DNA of 64,000 nt, taken from positions 1 through 64,000 of the forward strand of contig NW_026576109.1 of the NCBI RefSeq assembly GCF_028641065.1, written 5' to 3'. The notes under the pieces are model-generated. The model was not told the origin of the DNA. It made no database searches and saw nothing but the letters and a program-made list of their open reading frames with translations. Position 1 is the stretch's first letter, and every line of letters begins with the position of its first letter. Shown piece after piece: positions 25,865-39,757 of this stretch. The translations under genes and the position numbers were made by a program. This DNA is from Leucoraja erinacea (Eukaryota).

Positions 25865-26610
25865 GTTGAAGAAAGGAAGAGGTGGAGACAGTGGGCTGAG
25901 GGAGAGCTGGGAAGAGGAGGAGAAAGGTGGGGCCAGAAATTGGAGAAGTCTATTCAGTGGGTATTTTGAAAGCCGAGATTAACAGTTTCTTGATAATAAC
26001 GACGTCAAACGTTACAGGCAGAAGGCAGGCGAATGAGGTTGGGAGGAATAAAATATTAAGCCATGATCGAAAGGCGGGTCAGACACAATTATCCGAATAA
26101 ACAGATTCTGCTTCTATGTCTTGTGATCTTATGAACTGTTCCCAACAGAAAATATCCCACATTACTTATCACTCTGATTGAGATTTGATTGAGATTCACC
26201 GTGGATTCGCGCACCTCTGGATAGTGCTCTGGAGCCAGCATGGTGACATGTTGCAAGTCGGCGGTTTGTAGGTAGGAATAACTGCGCGGGTCAGACAGCA
26301 TTTCCGGAGAACATTGGTAGCCGACATTTGGTTTCTAGATTTCAGAGCCCAATTTCAGCTTCCTTGTGTCTGCCTGGAAATCCACAGCTATGGTTAGCGC
26401 TGTGTGATGTTCCAGACCCTGATGCTTTTGGGGAATAAGCTATTCTTGAACCTGATGTAGGGGAGCCCCACATATCCTCTCATCGGACTCACGCGTACCG
26501 TAACATATTGGCCAAGTTGCTGGAAACTTTTATCAATAGAATCTGTTTCAATTGGAAAGCAATTCATGCCTCATTATCCAATATTAATCGAGACGGTTTA
26601 GGGTACTTAC

Positions 26611-26706
26611 CGGCTGTGACAGTCACCATCGTCCCCGTCCCATCCTGATAGTAGTGTCCCAATCGTCCACAGTGCCCCGTCTCTCGATGCTCGCCGTACA
26701 AGAACA
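26611..26706 (-). CDS. NAR-TCR-like J2 (26667-26611, RLGHYYQDGTGTMVTVTA) with 23-RSS (26668-26706)
   Basis: Plus strand cacagtg-23-acaagaaca; G-x-G-T J motif; donor gtaagt. Confidence 0.88.
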
Positions 26707-27017
26707 GTTCTCACCTCGATTTCCCCGGCAACCATTAGAATCGCTGTCCAATTATTCCAGGAGTTTCAGACCAACCAGTAACTGTCCTTGCTCCCCAATC
26801 CTCGGTGGGTCGACCGGTTCCCGCTAAGAAACAGAGCTAAGAGCAGAATGATCTCCCACACGCAGGCCGGTGTGTTTTGACAAACAGAGAACCAATTATT
26901 AAGGAATGTTAATGGAATGTGGTAATCCCTGTGTAATTTATCTGGACGACAGCGTCACGAACAATAATCGTATGATTTTGGTTCCGGAACCCAAGAATAT
27001 ATATCTTGAATGGGGTG

Positions 27018-27088
27018 AGTTTTTACTCGACTCTCCTACACTGTGGATAGCCCGCTGCCACACGTTGTTACACGTCACTTTCAAATCC
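27018..27088 (-). other. D2 segment (27060-27046, TGGCAGCGGGCTATC) flanked by 12/12 RSS
   Basis: 3' RSS CACAGTG-12-GTAAAAACT. 5' RSS plus strand cacgttg-12-ttcaaatcc. Confidence 0.8.
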
Positions 27089-27413
27089 CCAGGCGCCCGG
27101 CGAGACGGGCGGGCAGGAGATTAACGTTCAGCGAATGCATTTTTCAGATTGCAGTTTGTGTAACTGGATCCCGTCTGGAGTTGTGCATCAGAAGAGTGGT
27201 CAGTCATTCTCGATGGCAGTTCGTTTACACCATATTCGGTACAGGGGGCATTATCCAGCCGCACTCGCCAAATAGAGAAACCCCATTGTTTGAATCGCAC
27301 GCATTTCATCCGGTACAACCCAGAATGCAGGGCAGGCGGGACAAAGCGGGCCCGTGGGTTTACCCGGTGGATTCACCTCGCGTCTTCACGTTGCCACTAG
27401 AATCTACCGTCAG

Positions 27414-27930
27414 GGTTTTTGTATTGCTGGAACCGCAGGCCCATCACTGTGTGTTTTGCACCTGTACTCCGCTTTACAGTAATATGTGGCCGTGTCCTCA
27501 ACTCTCAAACTAAGAATTTTCAACGTAAACGTCTTTTCCACTTTATTGGTTGACACAACAAACCGTCCACCTGTTGTGATCCGTTGCCACTCTGCACCGG
27601 GTTGTTCTTGCTTGAAGAAATGTCCTACATTTAATTCGTAGCTGCCACTGTAACCTTCTTGGAAAAGGCAGGTGATGGTGACGGGCTCACACTCTTTTCC
27701 TGTCACCACATTCGGGCTCTGGGTCACTGACTGACTGAAGGAGTCTGTAGATGAAACACAGGGAGACATGAGTGCGAATTCGAGGCGAACCACGGCAGAA
27801 GGATACATCGCGGGCTGTGTTTGAAATTCAGGTCGGAGTGGACTCGAGTTGTTTTATGTTAAACCCGCACTGTGTGGGAGTAGGGGGCCGGTACTCACGG
27901 CGACAACACAAACAACAGGAGGATTCCCAT
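27414..27930 (-). pseudogene. NAR-TCR-like V2: intact V exon 27744-27452 and perfect 22-RSS, but leader (27930-27899) has an 11-nt deletion
   Basis: RSS CACAGTG-22-ACAAAAACC. The leader is 32 nt versus 43 nt in V1 and V3, so it is out of phase with the V exon. Extra Cys at the CDR3 start (AEYRCKT). Confidence 0.8.
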
Positions 27931-28269
27931 CGCGCCTTCTCCGGGAATAAATGGTTCACGTGACGAGAGGCTGGAAACCAGGTATCCCGACAGATCCTGC
28001 AGCCTATCCCGGAGAACTGAGCGGGAACCTCAGATGGCCTGTTCGTTTCGCTGCGGGAGGTGTTCTGGTAACGTTTGAAAGAATCCCAATCGATGTGCGA
28101 GGATACAGAGAGTTTGAGAAGGGGATCCTTAAACCTGCTGCTTTGCTTGGTGGCCTAGAATCTGATGTGGCTCTGGCGTTTCTCTGACGTTCAGTTGACC
28201 ATCTCAACCATTCAGGCAGCTGAACAATGAGGGGAGTAGATAGGGTGGACGCACAGTCCTATTTTCTAT

Positions 28270-30480
28270 GTTTCTATGTATTCACTTGAATTTAGAAGGA
28301 TGAGAGGATCTCTTGCAGAAACAGAAACAATTATAAAAGGACTGGTCAAGCTAGATGCAGGAACGATGTTCCAAATGCTGGCGGGGTCCAGAACCAGAAT
28401 GCACAGACTAAGAGTAAAGGGGAGATCATTTAAAACTGAGATGGGGAAAATCTTTTTTCACCCAGTGAGTTGTGAATTTGTGGAAATGTCTACCACAGAA
28501 GGCAATGGAGGCCAATTCACTGGATGAAATTAAAATAGATCTAGATAGAGCTCTCGGGGCTGGGTGAACCAACAGGAATGAGGAGAAGGCAGGCACGTAT
28601 TACTGAGAGTGGATGAGCAGCCATGATCAATATGCATGGCGGTGCTGACTCGAAGGGCCATATAGCCTCCTCGTGCACCTATCTTCTATGTTTTGATGTT
28701 TCTATTTAAAATCAATACCCCGTTCCTGCTTTCTCCCCATATCCCTTGTTTATTTTAGCCCCAAAGAGCTAAATCTAACTCTCTCGAGAAATCTTCCAGT
28801 GAATTTTCCTCTACTGCCTCTGTGGTAGAGCATTCCACAGATTCACAACTCTCAAGGTGAAACAGATTTTCCTCATCTCAGTCCTAAGTTGTCTTGGGAC
28901 CTTGTGAGACCGCCTTTGTGAGCGATTTTGGTCTCCTAATTTGTGGAAGGACATGATTGCTATTGAGGAAGTGCAGCATCGGTTCTCCAGGATAATTCCC
29001 GCGATGGAGGGACTGACATATGATGAAAGAATAGGATGATAGGGCTTGTATTCACTGAAGGACGAGAGGAGATATTGAAGGACGAGAGGGGATTTTATAG
29101 AAACATATACAATTCTTAAAGGGTTGGATAGGCTAGATGCAGGAAACATGTTCCCAATGTTGGTGGAGTCCAGAATAAGGATTCACAGTTTAAGAATAAG
29201 GATAGGCCATTTGGGACTGAGATGGGGGCACATATCTTTCAACCAGAGAGTTGTAAATCTGTGGAATTCTCTGGCACAGAATATTCACTGGATGTTTCAA
29301 GAGAGTTAGATTTAGCTCTTGGGACGAAAAGGAATCGAGGGATATGGGGTAAAAACAGGAACGAGGTACTGATTTAAATGATCAGCCATGACGACATTGA
29401 ATGGTGGCGCTGGCTCGAAGGACAGTATGGCCTAATCCTGTATCAAATGTTCTGCTAGAAACATAGAAACATAGAAAATAGGTGCAGGAGTAGGCCATTC
29501 GGCCCCGCAAGCCAACACCGTCATTCAATATGATCATGGCTGATCATCCAACTCAGTATCCTGTACCTGCCTTCTCTCAATACCCCCTGATACTTTTAGC
29601 CACACGGTCCACATCTAACTCCCTCTTAAATATAGCCAATTAACTGTCCTCAACTACCTACATAAATGTGAGGTTATCCATGTTGGTGGCAGAAACGGGA
29701 AAGCAGACTATTATCTAAATGGTGGCCGATTGGGAAAGGGGGAGATGCAGCGAGACCTGGGTGTCATGGTACACCAGTCATTGAAGTTATGCATGCAGGT
29801 GCAGCAGGCAGTAAAGAAAGCGAATGGTATGTTGGCTTTCATAGCAAAATGATTTGAGTATAGGAGCAGGGAGGTTCTACTGCAGTTGTAAAGGGTCTTG
29901 GTGAGACCACATCTGGAGTATTGCGTACAGTGTTGGTCTCCAAGTCTGAGGAAGGACATTATTGCCACAGAGGGAGTGCAGAGAAGGTTCACCAGACTGA
30001 TTCCTGGGATGTCAGGACAGTCTTATGAAGAAAGACTGGATAGACTTGGTTTATACTCTCTAGAATTTAAGAGATTGAGAGGGGATCTTATAGAAACTTC
30101 CAAAATTCTTAAGGGGTTGGACAGGCTAGATGCAGGAAGATTGTTCCAGATGTTGGGGAAGTCCAGGACAAGGGGTCACAGCTTAAGGATAAGGGGGGAA
30201 ATGCTTTAAAACCGAGATGAGGAGAACTGTTTTCACACAGAGAGTGGTGAATCTCTGGAAGTCTCTGCCACAGAGGGTAGTTGAGGCCAGTTCATTGGTT
30301 ATATTTAAGAGGGAGTTAGATGTGGCCCTTATGGCCAAGGGGATCAGAGGGTATGGAGAGAAGGCAGGTACGGGATACTGAGTTGGATGATCAGCCATGA
30401 TCATATTGAATGGCGGTTCAGGCTCGAAGGGCCGAATGGACTACTCCCGCACCTAATTTCCATGTTTCTATGTTTCAATG
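28270..30480. mobile_element. Patchwork of CR1 3' fragments between cassettes 2 and 3
   Basis: VRPHLEYCVQ and QRRFTRLIPG motifs; (TTTCTATG)n tails. Confidence 0.85.
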
Positions 30481-30985
30481 TTTGTATAACCTGAGACAAT
30501 TATGAAAAGTTTATGAACGCAAAGTGCTGCAGTAACTTGTAGACCAAGAGGGTGAATTGGCATGGTGCTTTGAAGCAAGCCGGCGGTTTGGTGGTAGGAA
30601 TAAATCCGATGGTCAGGCAGCATTTCAGGAGAACAATGATAGCCGAAATTTAGAATCTAGACTTCGGAATCCGATGTCAGCGTCCGCATTTACTTGTGTC
30701 TGCATAGAATTTCATAGCTGTGGTTAGCACGGTATGGTGTTCCCTATCCTGATGGTTTTGGGGAAGAAGCTATTCTTCAACCTGATTCACGTTGTGCTCC
30801 CGGGGAGCCCGACATATCCTCTCATTGGACTCACGTGTACCGTAACATCTGGAGCAAGTTGCCGGAACCCTTTATAAATAGAATCTGTTTCAATCGGAAA
30901 GCAATTGATGCCTCATAATCCAATATTAAAGGAAGGTGAATATTTCCAAGAACAACCGTGGATAAGAGAGGTTTAGGGTACTTAC

Positions 30986-31082
30986 CGGCTGTGACAGTCA
31001 CCGTAGTCCCAGTTCCATCCTGATAGTAAGTGGCCCATGAATCCACAGTGCCCCGTCTCTCGATGCTCGCAGTACAAGAACC
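30986..31082 (-). CDS. NAR-TCR-like J3 (31043-30986, DSWATYYQDGTGTTVTVTA) with 23-RSS
   Basis: Plus strand cacagtg (31044-31050), 23 nt, acaagaacc (31074-31082); donor gtaagt. Confidence 0.9.
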
Positions 31083-31393
31083 GTTCTCACCGCGATTTGC
31101 CCGGCAACCATTAGAATCGCTGTCCAATTATTCCAGAAGTTTCAGACCAACCAGTAACTGTCCTTGTTCTCCAATCCTTGGTGGGTCGACCGGTTCCCGC
31201 TAAGAAACAGAGCTAAGAGCAGAGTGATCTCCCACACGCAGGCTGGTGTGTTTTGACAAACAGGGAACCAATTATTCAGTAATGTTAACGGAATGCGGTA
31301 ATCCATGTGTAATTTATCTGGACAACAGCGTCTCGAACAATAATCGTTTCATTTTTTTTCCGGAACCCAAGAATATATATCTTGAATGAGGTG

Positions 31394-31465
31394 AGTTTTT
31401 ACTCGACGTTCCTACACTGTGGCTGTCCCAACTGCCACACGTTGTTACACGTCACTTTCAAATCC
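31394..31465 (-). other. D3 segment (31437-31422, TGGCAGTTGGGACAGC) flanked by 12/12 RSS
   Basis: Same RSS pair as D2. Confidence 0.8.
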
Positions 31466-31789
31466 CCAGGCGCCCGGCGAGACGGGCGGTCAGGAGATTA
31501 ACGTTCAGAGAATGCATTTTTCAGATTGAAGTTTGTGTAACTGGATCCCGTCTGGAGTTGTGCATCAGAAGAGTGGTCAGTCATTCGCGATGGCAGTTCG
31601 TTTACACCATATTCGGTAAATGGGGCATTATCCAGCCGCACTCGCCAAATAGAGAAACCCCACAGTTTGACTCGCACGCATTTCATCCGGTGTAACCCAG
31701 AATGCAGGGCAGGCGGGACAAAGCGGGCCCGTGGGTTACCCGGTGGATTCACCTCGCGTCTTCACGTTGCTACTAGAATCTGTCGTGAC

Positions 31790-32311
31790 GGTTTTTGTAT
31801 TGCTGGAACCGCAGGCCCATCACTGTGTGTTCCCCACTCGTACTCAGCTTTACAGTAATATGTGGCCATGTCCTCAACTCTCAAACCAATAATTTTCAAC
31901 GTAAATGTAAATTTATTGGTTGACACAACAAACCGTCCACCTGTTGTGATACGTTGCCACTCTGCACCGGGTTGTGCTTGCTTGAAGAAATGTCCTACAT
32001 TAAATACGTAGTAACCCCGGTAACCTCCTTGGAAAAGGCAGGTGATGGTGACGGACTCACACTCTTTTCCAGTCACCGCATTCGGGCTCTGGGTCACTGA
32101 CTGACTGACGGAGTCTGTAGATGAAACACAGGGAGAGGTGAGTGGGAATTCCAGGCGAAAAACGGCAGAAGGATACATCACGGGCAGCGTTTGAAATTCA
32201 GGTCGGAGTGGACGCGAGTTGTTTTATGTTAAACCCGCACTGTGTGGGAGTAGGGGACCGGTACTCACGGCGTAAGCAGAGTGACAGCACAAACAACAGG
32301 AGGATTCCCAT
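31790..32311 (-). CDS. NAR-TCR-like V3: leader 32311-32269, V exon 32114-31828, perfect 22-RSS 31827-31790
   Basis: Intact 43-nt leader, open VNAR-like exon with a 2-codon deletion in the HV4 region, CACAGTG-22-ACAAAAACC. Confidence 0.9.
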
Positions 32312-32619
32312 CGCGCCTTCTCCGGGATAAATGGTTTACTTGACGAGAGGCTGGATCCCAGGTCGCCGGACAGATCCTGCAGCCTATCCCGGAGAACTGA
32401 GCTGGAGCAACAGCTGGTCTGTTCGTTTCGGTGAGTGCGTTGTCCTGGGGAGTTTTGAAAAAATCCCAATTGATGTGCGAATAGACGGAGAGTTAGAGAC
32501 GGGGACCGTTAAACCTGCTGATTTGTTTGGTGGCCCAGAAACTGATGTGAAACGTCTGACGTTGCTTTGACGTTTCTCTGACGTTCAGTAGAGCATCTGA
32601 ACCATTCAGGCAGATGTCA

Positions 32620-35400
32620 GTCCCTAGAAGGCAGAAACAGGTGAAATAATTATGGGAACAAGCAAATGGCGGAAGAGTTGCATAGGTACTTTGGTTCTAT
32701 CTTCGCTAGGGAAGACACAACAATCTCCCAGGTGTACTGGAGGACAGAGGGTCTATGGAGAAAGAGGAACTGCAATAAATTTGCATTGGGCACGAAATGC
32801 CATTGGGTAAACTGATGGGACTGTAGTCTGCTAAATACCCAGGGTGTGATGGTTTGCATCACAAGTACTCAAGGAAGTGGCTCTAGAAATCGTGGACGTA
32901 TATTTTGATCATTTCCAATGTTCTATAGCTTCAGGATCAGTTCCTGTGGATTGGAGGGGAGCTAATGTTACCACACTTTTCAAGAAAGGAGGGAGAGAGA
33001 AAACGGGAAATTAGAGACCAGTTAGCCTGATATCGGAACTGGGGAAGATGCCAGAATCAAATTTTAAAGTAACAACGGCGCATTTGGATAGCGGTAAAAT
33101 GATTAGTCCAAGTCAGCATGGAGTTATGGAAGTGAAATCCTGCTTGACTCCGATCTGGAATGTTTGAGAATGTGACAAGTAAAATGGAACAAGAAGGTCC
33201 CTGTTAGAATGGCAGGCAGTGGAGAGTGGAGTGCCGCTAGGCTCGGTGCAGGGGCCGTAACTATTGACAATATATATTAATGATTTAGATTATGGAATTA
33301 AAAGTAACACGAGCAAATTTGCAGATGACGCAACGCTGGGTGACAGTTTGAACTGCGGAAAGGATGTCAGGTCGTTGCGGGGTAACTTGGATAGGTTGAG
33401 TGAGTGGGCAGATACGTGGCAGATGTTGTATAATGCAGGTAAATGCGAGATTATACACTTTGACGGCAAGAACATCGAGGTAGATTATTATCTCAATAGT
33501 TTCAATTGGGGAAAATGGAAAGTGGAACGTGACCTGGGTGTTCTACAGCAGGTAGTAAATAAATGTAATGGCATGTTGGCCTTCCTAATGAGTGGATTTG
33601 AGTACACGAGTAAGGAGGTCCTTCTGCAGTTGTACACGGCACTGGCGAGACAGCATTTTGAATATTGTGTGCAGTTTATGTCTCCTAATTAAGGGAAGGA
33701 CTTCCTTGCTATTGAGGGAGTTTACAAGGTTAATCCCAGGTATGGCAGGTCTGTCATTTGAGGAATATGAGAAAGACTGGGCATGTATTCATTCGAATTC
33801 AGCAGGATGAGGGGATTATCTTATAGAAACATATAAAATTATAAAAGTACTGGACAAGCTAGATGCAGGAAAAATGTTCCCAATGCTGTGGGAGCACAGA
33901 CCAGGTGCCAACGTCTTAGAAGAAAGGGGAGGTCATTTAAAACTGAGATGAGAATTATCTCTTACACCAAGAGAGTTGTCAATTTGTGGAAATCTCTGCC
34001 ACAGAAGACAGTGGAGGCCAATTCACTGGATGAAATTAAAAGACAGCGAGAGGTCTTGGGGCTAGCGGAATGAAGGGGCATGGGAAGAAGAAAGGCACGG
34101 GTATTTGTTTGTGGATGAGCAGCCATGATCATGGCGGCGCGGACTGGAAGGGCCTTATAGCCTCTCCCTGCACCTATATTTCTATGTTTCGATGTTTCTA
34201 TTTAAAATCAGTACCCCGTTCCTGCTTTCTCCCCATATCCCTTGTTTCGTTTAGCCCGAAGAGCTAAATCTAACTATCTTGTGAAATATTCCAGTGAATT
34301 GGACTCCACTGCCTTCTGTGATAGAGCATTCCACAGATTTACAACTCTCTGGGTGAAACAGATTTTCCTCATCTCAGTCCTAAGTTGTTTTGGGCCCTTG
34401 TGAGACCGCATTTGTGAATGATTTTGGCCTCCTAATTTGTGGAAGACATGATTTCTATTGAGGAAGTGCAACATCGGTTCTCCACGTTAATACCCGCGAT
34501 GGCGGGACTGGCATATGATGAAAGAATGGGTTGAGTGTGCTTGTATTCACTGGCATTTTGAAGGATGAGAGGGTATGTTAAAGAAACATATACAATTCTT
34601 AAAGGGTTGGCAAGGCAATATGCAGGAAACATGTTCTCGATGTTGTTGGAGTCGAGAATAAGGGTTCAATGTTTAAGAATACGGATAGGCCATTTAGGAC
34701 TGAGATGAGGGCACGTCTCTTTCACCCAGAGAGTTGTAAATCTGTGGAATTCTCAGGCACAGAATAGAGTGGAGGAATTTTCACCGGACGTTGCAAGAGA
34801 ACCTTAGATTTAGCTCTCGGGACTAACGGAATCAAGGGATATGGGGTACAAACAGGAATGAGGTACTGATTTTAGATGTTCAGCCATGAAGACATTGAAT
34901 GGCGGTTCTGGCTCGAAGGACCGAATGGCCTACTCGTGCATCGAATTTTCTGTTTCTATGTTTCTAAATGGCCTACCGCTTATTCTTAAACTGTGACCTC
35001 TGTTTCTGGACTCAATATCCGGTACATTTTTCCTGCATCTAGCCGGTCCAATATTCTTGCTACTGAGGTAATGCAGCGTAGGTTCACAAGGTTAATTCCC
35101 GGGATGGTGTGGCTGTTACATGCTGAGAGAATGGAGCGGCTGATCTTGTATACTCTGGAATTTAGAAGAATGAGAGGGGTTCGTATTTAAACATATATGA
35201 TTATCAAGGGTTACACAAAAAAGCTGGAGAAACTCAGCGGGTGCAGCAGCATCTATGGAGCGAAGGAAATCGGCGACGTTTCGGGCCGAAACCCTTCTTC
35301 AGATTATTAAGGGTTTGGACACGCTAGAATCGCGAACCATGTTCCCGATGTTGGGGAGTGCAGAGCCAGGGGGTGGCACAGTTTAAGAACAAGGTGATTT
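32620..35400. mobile_element. Degenerate CR1 ORF2 and 3' fragments
   Basis: IYINDLD..FADDA and ARQHFEYCVQF motifs. Confidence 0.8.
35212..35302 (-). repeat. Short dispersed repeat with a hammerhead-ribozyme-like core; other copies near 475-565, 16910-16996, 25760-25822, 51010-51090, 62505-62592
   Basis: CTGAAGA-A-GGGTTTCGGCCC-GAAAC-GTC on the minus strand. Confidence 0.5.
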
Positions 35401-35583
35401 TGAGTATTACATGCAAAACCGTAGATGTTTGTTCAAAAGTGTGTAAGTAATGTCCACAGGGATGTAATCTCGTTGCCTGTTTTTCGCTTCATTTACATTA
35501 TAAATATGGCAGATATTTGTTTGCTTGGCTGACAACCGCTGAGCTGCAGCGCAAGGAGTGTTCGGCTGGATCCCCGTATTAAA

Positions 35584-36841
35584 ATGCACGGTATTCCGAT
35601 CGAGGTAAAATTTGGACGTGTGTATTATCCGATTCTGGCAGCAATCGGTATACCTGGTAGGTAATTGTCGGCGCATCTCATGTTTGAAAAGCCCTGAATA
35701 TTAAAGGTTAAGAGGACATAGCGAATAGCCCAGCGGGGGTTCGGGCGGCACGCTGGTACAGCGCTAGAGTAACTGTCTTACAGCGCTTGGCTGTACGGAG
35801 ATTGTACTGCTCCCCGTATCCTTTTGGGTTTTCCCCGAAATCTTCGGTTTTCTCCGTCTGCTCCCACCCACCAACCTGTACACCTCAAAATTAATCCGTT
35901 TCTCGTTTCATTTTTTCTCAGTGAATCTGATGGCGATTGTGATCCTGTCCCGTGGCAAGTGCGGCCTCTCCAAGTGCATCACTCGTTACATGGTAGCCAT
36001 GGCGACCGCGGACCTCTCCGTGATTCTCTGTGAGGTGATATTTCACCGGATTGCTGATATGTATTGGTGGCATGCCTCCGTGCCCTACACTCCTGTGTGT
36101 AAAATGACAATCTACCTGGCATCAGTCTCTGTGAATTGTTCTGTGTGGTTCACAGTCGCTTTCACCTTTGATCGCTTTGTTGCGATTTCTACTCAGAGAA
36201 TGAAAACCAAATATTGTACCGAGAGAACCGCGACGATTGTTATCCTGACCGTGAGCCCGCTCATCTGCCTCAAAAATCTACCCTTGCCCTTTGCATACAC
36301 TTCTTTTTACGGTGCGGCTGGAGAAGTGGGCTGCCTGAAATTCATATATTTCTTCGTTGATCCCGAATGGATAGTGTTCTCTTGGGCCGAACAGTTGTTC
36401 ACCCCGGTGATTCCATTCTGCCTGATTTTGTTGTTTAACGCGCTCACCGTCAGACGTATTTTCGTGGCCAGTCGGGTCCGCAGGAACCTCCGGGACCTCA
36501 GCGGTGGCGAGAAAAAGAAAGACCAGGAGATGTTGAACCGCAGACGGTCGGTCGTTTTACTTCTGGCAATCTCGAGCTGCTTCATACTGCTCTGGGCCAC
36601 AAGTGTTGCACACTTTATTGCGGTTCGATGTTTGAATGTGTTTATGCACAAGGCCTGGGGAAACCCCTTGGGTGGATTGGAAAGGGTTGGATTGATGCTT
36701 CAGCTGCTGAGCTCCTGCACCAACACGGCCATTTACACAGTGACCCAGAGCAAGTTCAGAGAGGAGCTGTTTCGTATTCTAACATATCCGATCATTTGCA
36801 CCGGAAAGATATTTAAATCGGAAAAGTGTCAGTTAAAATAA
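35584..36841 (+). CDS. GPR139/GPR142-like class A GPCR copy 3, join(35584..35656,35922..36841)
   Basis: Exon 1 MHGIPIEVKFGRVYYPILAAIGIP, 265-nt GT-AG intron, intact exon 2 ORF with DRF and NTAIY. Confidence 0.9.
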
Positions 36842-38939
36842 TATAACACAAACGAGTGAACAGCTGGTCTTCGTGCGTTGCTTTGCTGTATGGTTTATAT
36901 GTGGAACTGTGGAACTGTGGAACTGTGCTGCTGTCTGTCTTGGCCAGGACTCTCTTGTAAAAGAGATTTTTAATCTCAATGAGACTTCTCCTGGTTAAAT
37001 AAAGGTTAAATAAAAAATAAAAATAAAATATGGAAATACAGCATTTTATGTCCATTCGCCCTGTCGGACGCGCCCAACGGCTTCGGGGGTTCATGGGCTC
37101 AACTGAGTCTCAACTCGTGTACGTATTCCCATGTGCCCCGTTCAATCATCCAACGTCTGTGTTTTAACGAATATGTATACATAAGCCTGGAACATGTTGT
37201 TTTCAAAACGAGTGGATATTTTCAGTTGAATAGGTGCAACGTGTTGTTTGATGAATTCCTTTTATCATTAAAAAAAACGGTAAAAATTGCTCATTGACGA
37301 GGTTTTCGGTTTCAAGAGAATCTGCTGTTTTAGCAGCGGATGATGTGGATTGTGCAAAGTTTCATACAGATACCGTGATTAAAATACCTTCTGTATACGG
37401 AAAACTTCTATCCAATGTAGAGCTATAGGTGAGGAGTGCCAGAAATACAAAATCATGAGATGAATATATCGGTTAGATGCACAGAGTCGTTTGCCCAGTG
37501 AATCTACGACCAGAGGACATTGGATCAAGGAGAAGGGAAACATATTTAAGAGGATTCGGTGGGGAAACATTTTCATACAAAGAATGGTGGGTGTACGGAA
37601 CAAGCTGCGACAAGAGGTAGTTGTGCCTGGGACTATCCCGTCGTTTAAGCAACAGTTAGAAAGTTACTTGGATAGGAGAGATTTGGAGGGATATGGACCA
37701 AGCGCATGCAAGTGGGACTGGTGTGTCTGGGATATTGTTGGCCGGTGTGGGCGAGTTGGGCCGAAGGTCCTGATACCACACTGTATCACTCTGTGACTCT
37801 GTGACTCTGTGGCTCCCATGTACGGTAATAAATCAATTTCCACATTGGCCTTTACGTTCCCAGGTGGGCAAACATTTTAACACCTCTACCCATTCCTATA
37901 TAAACCATTCTGTCGTTGTACTCCCCAACTGCTAGAGCGAGGCCACGCACAAAATGAAGGAGCAGCATCTCGTAGGTCGCTTGACTCCCTTTCTCTCACC
38001 CTCTCCCCCAACATAGTCATCACACTAGTTGTACTGCTCGCATCTTTGTAGTTGTGTGTGACCACTTATTCCACAGCCAACAATGGGCCATTATGGGCTC
38101 CTTCATTTCATAGTCACGCGTTGCCTTCCCTGCCTCGTTCTGGCCTACTCTTGCATCCAGTGGCCTCGCCCTACTTGCAGACGGAAGAAGGATCCTGACC
38201 AGAAACGTCATCTATCGTTTTCCTGTAGAGATACTGCCTGCTGTTCATTTGCACTCAAGAGGCGGCAAGCCGCATAATGTTCCCCTGATACTACAAAATT
38301 GGGGCTGGTGGGGGGGTTAACTTTGTATCTACCTATTTCTCCTCTTCCCTCGCAAACTGTGAAGAAAATAAAATATTCTGCCATTTATGAATTAAAATGG
38401 CGTTATCGTGTTCTAAAATAAACATTGCTCGTGCACTCTGTCGTTCACAAACCAATGTCTAATATATTAAAGGATAATAAACTCCTCCAGGTGTCCATAT
38501 GTCAACTTTGCCAACATTATCATGCAGCATCCCCTCACGGGGACATGTTTATTCGCGCATTCCGTGACATGTAAATGTGAGCGGAATTATTCTGTGTGGT
38601 GGGGAACATTTTGAACCATATTTCTCGCCATTTAGTAGGGATAATCGTAACGAAGACCATTGTCCATTTTCCTACTCGTGTGTTTCTTTGAATGCAGCAG
38701 GCTCCTTAGGCCAAATGGCTTGAATTCAGTTGCTAAAATCTTACCTTCTCCGCTGTTGTCTCCATTGAAAGTATATTGTATGCCCCATAACAATATTGAT
38801 GATTCTCCCGATTAACTCTACAAAGCCTTACTACGTGGGATTTTTAAAATTTGCTGATCTCTCGTGAAACAAATTTGGAAGTTTCTATCCAGCTAAATAA
38901 AAGTGAAAATTTCTTGTATGAATCTTTAATGTTTTTCTT

Positions 38940-39032
38940 TCAGCTCCACGCTGATTCCAACGCTTTCTTGCGCAGGTCTGAGGGGGTGGTTCCCGTGTCG
39001 ATCGCATGTATATCTCCGGAGCTTATGTCTCT
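38940..39032 (+). mobile_element. Tx1/L1 endonuclease C-terminal fragment; paralog at about 55530-55640
   Basis: The 55.5-kb copy reads HPDSNAFSRRSEGGGSRIDRMYIS (SRIDR endonuclease motif); this copy is frameshifted. Confidence 0.55.
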
Positions 39033-39035
39033 CAG

Positions 39036-39670
39036 AGAAACATAGAAACATAGAAAATAGGTGCACGAGTAGGCCATTCGGCCCTTAGAGCCTGCACCGC
39101 CATTCAATATGATCATGACTGATCATTCAACTCGGTATCCTGTTCCTGCCTTCTCTCCATCCCTTTAGCCATAAGGCTACATCTAACTCCCTCTTAAATA
39201 TAGCCAAGGAAACGGCCTCAACTACCTTCTGTGGCAGAGAATTACAAAGATTCACCACTCTTTCTGTGAATAACTTTTTTCTCATCTCGGTCCTAAAAGA
39301 TTTCTCCCTTATCCTTAAACTGTGACCCCTTGTTCTGGACTTCCCCAACATCGGGAATAATCTTCCTGCATCTAGCCTGTCTAACCCCTTAACAATTTTG
39401 TAAGTTTCTATAATATCCCCCCTCAGTCTTCTAAATTCTAGCTAGTACACTCCTAGTCTATTCAGTCTTTCTTCATATGAAAGTCCTGACATCCCAGGAA
39501 TCAGTCTGGTGAACCTGCTCTGTGCTCCCTCCATGGCACGAATGTCTTTCCTCAGATTTGGAGACCAAAACTCTACGCAATAATCCAGCTGTGGTCTCAT
39601 CAAGACCGTGTGTAACTGCAGTCGAACGTCCCTGCTCCTATATTCAAATCCTTTTGCTATGAATGCTAAA
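39036..39670 (-). mobile_element. CR1 3' fragment
   Basis: (CATAGAAA)n tail; RVVNLCNSLPQKVVEA. Confidence 0.85.
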
Positions 39671-39757
39671 GCCCCTGCACCACTTAGGAAACCAGGAAGC
39701 CCACTTATTGGGGACGTTCGGGGACCAGAACCAACGGGTCTGCACTGGTCTCGTTAA

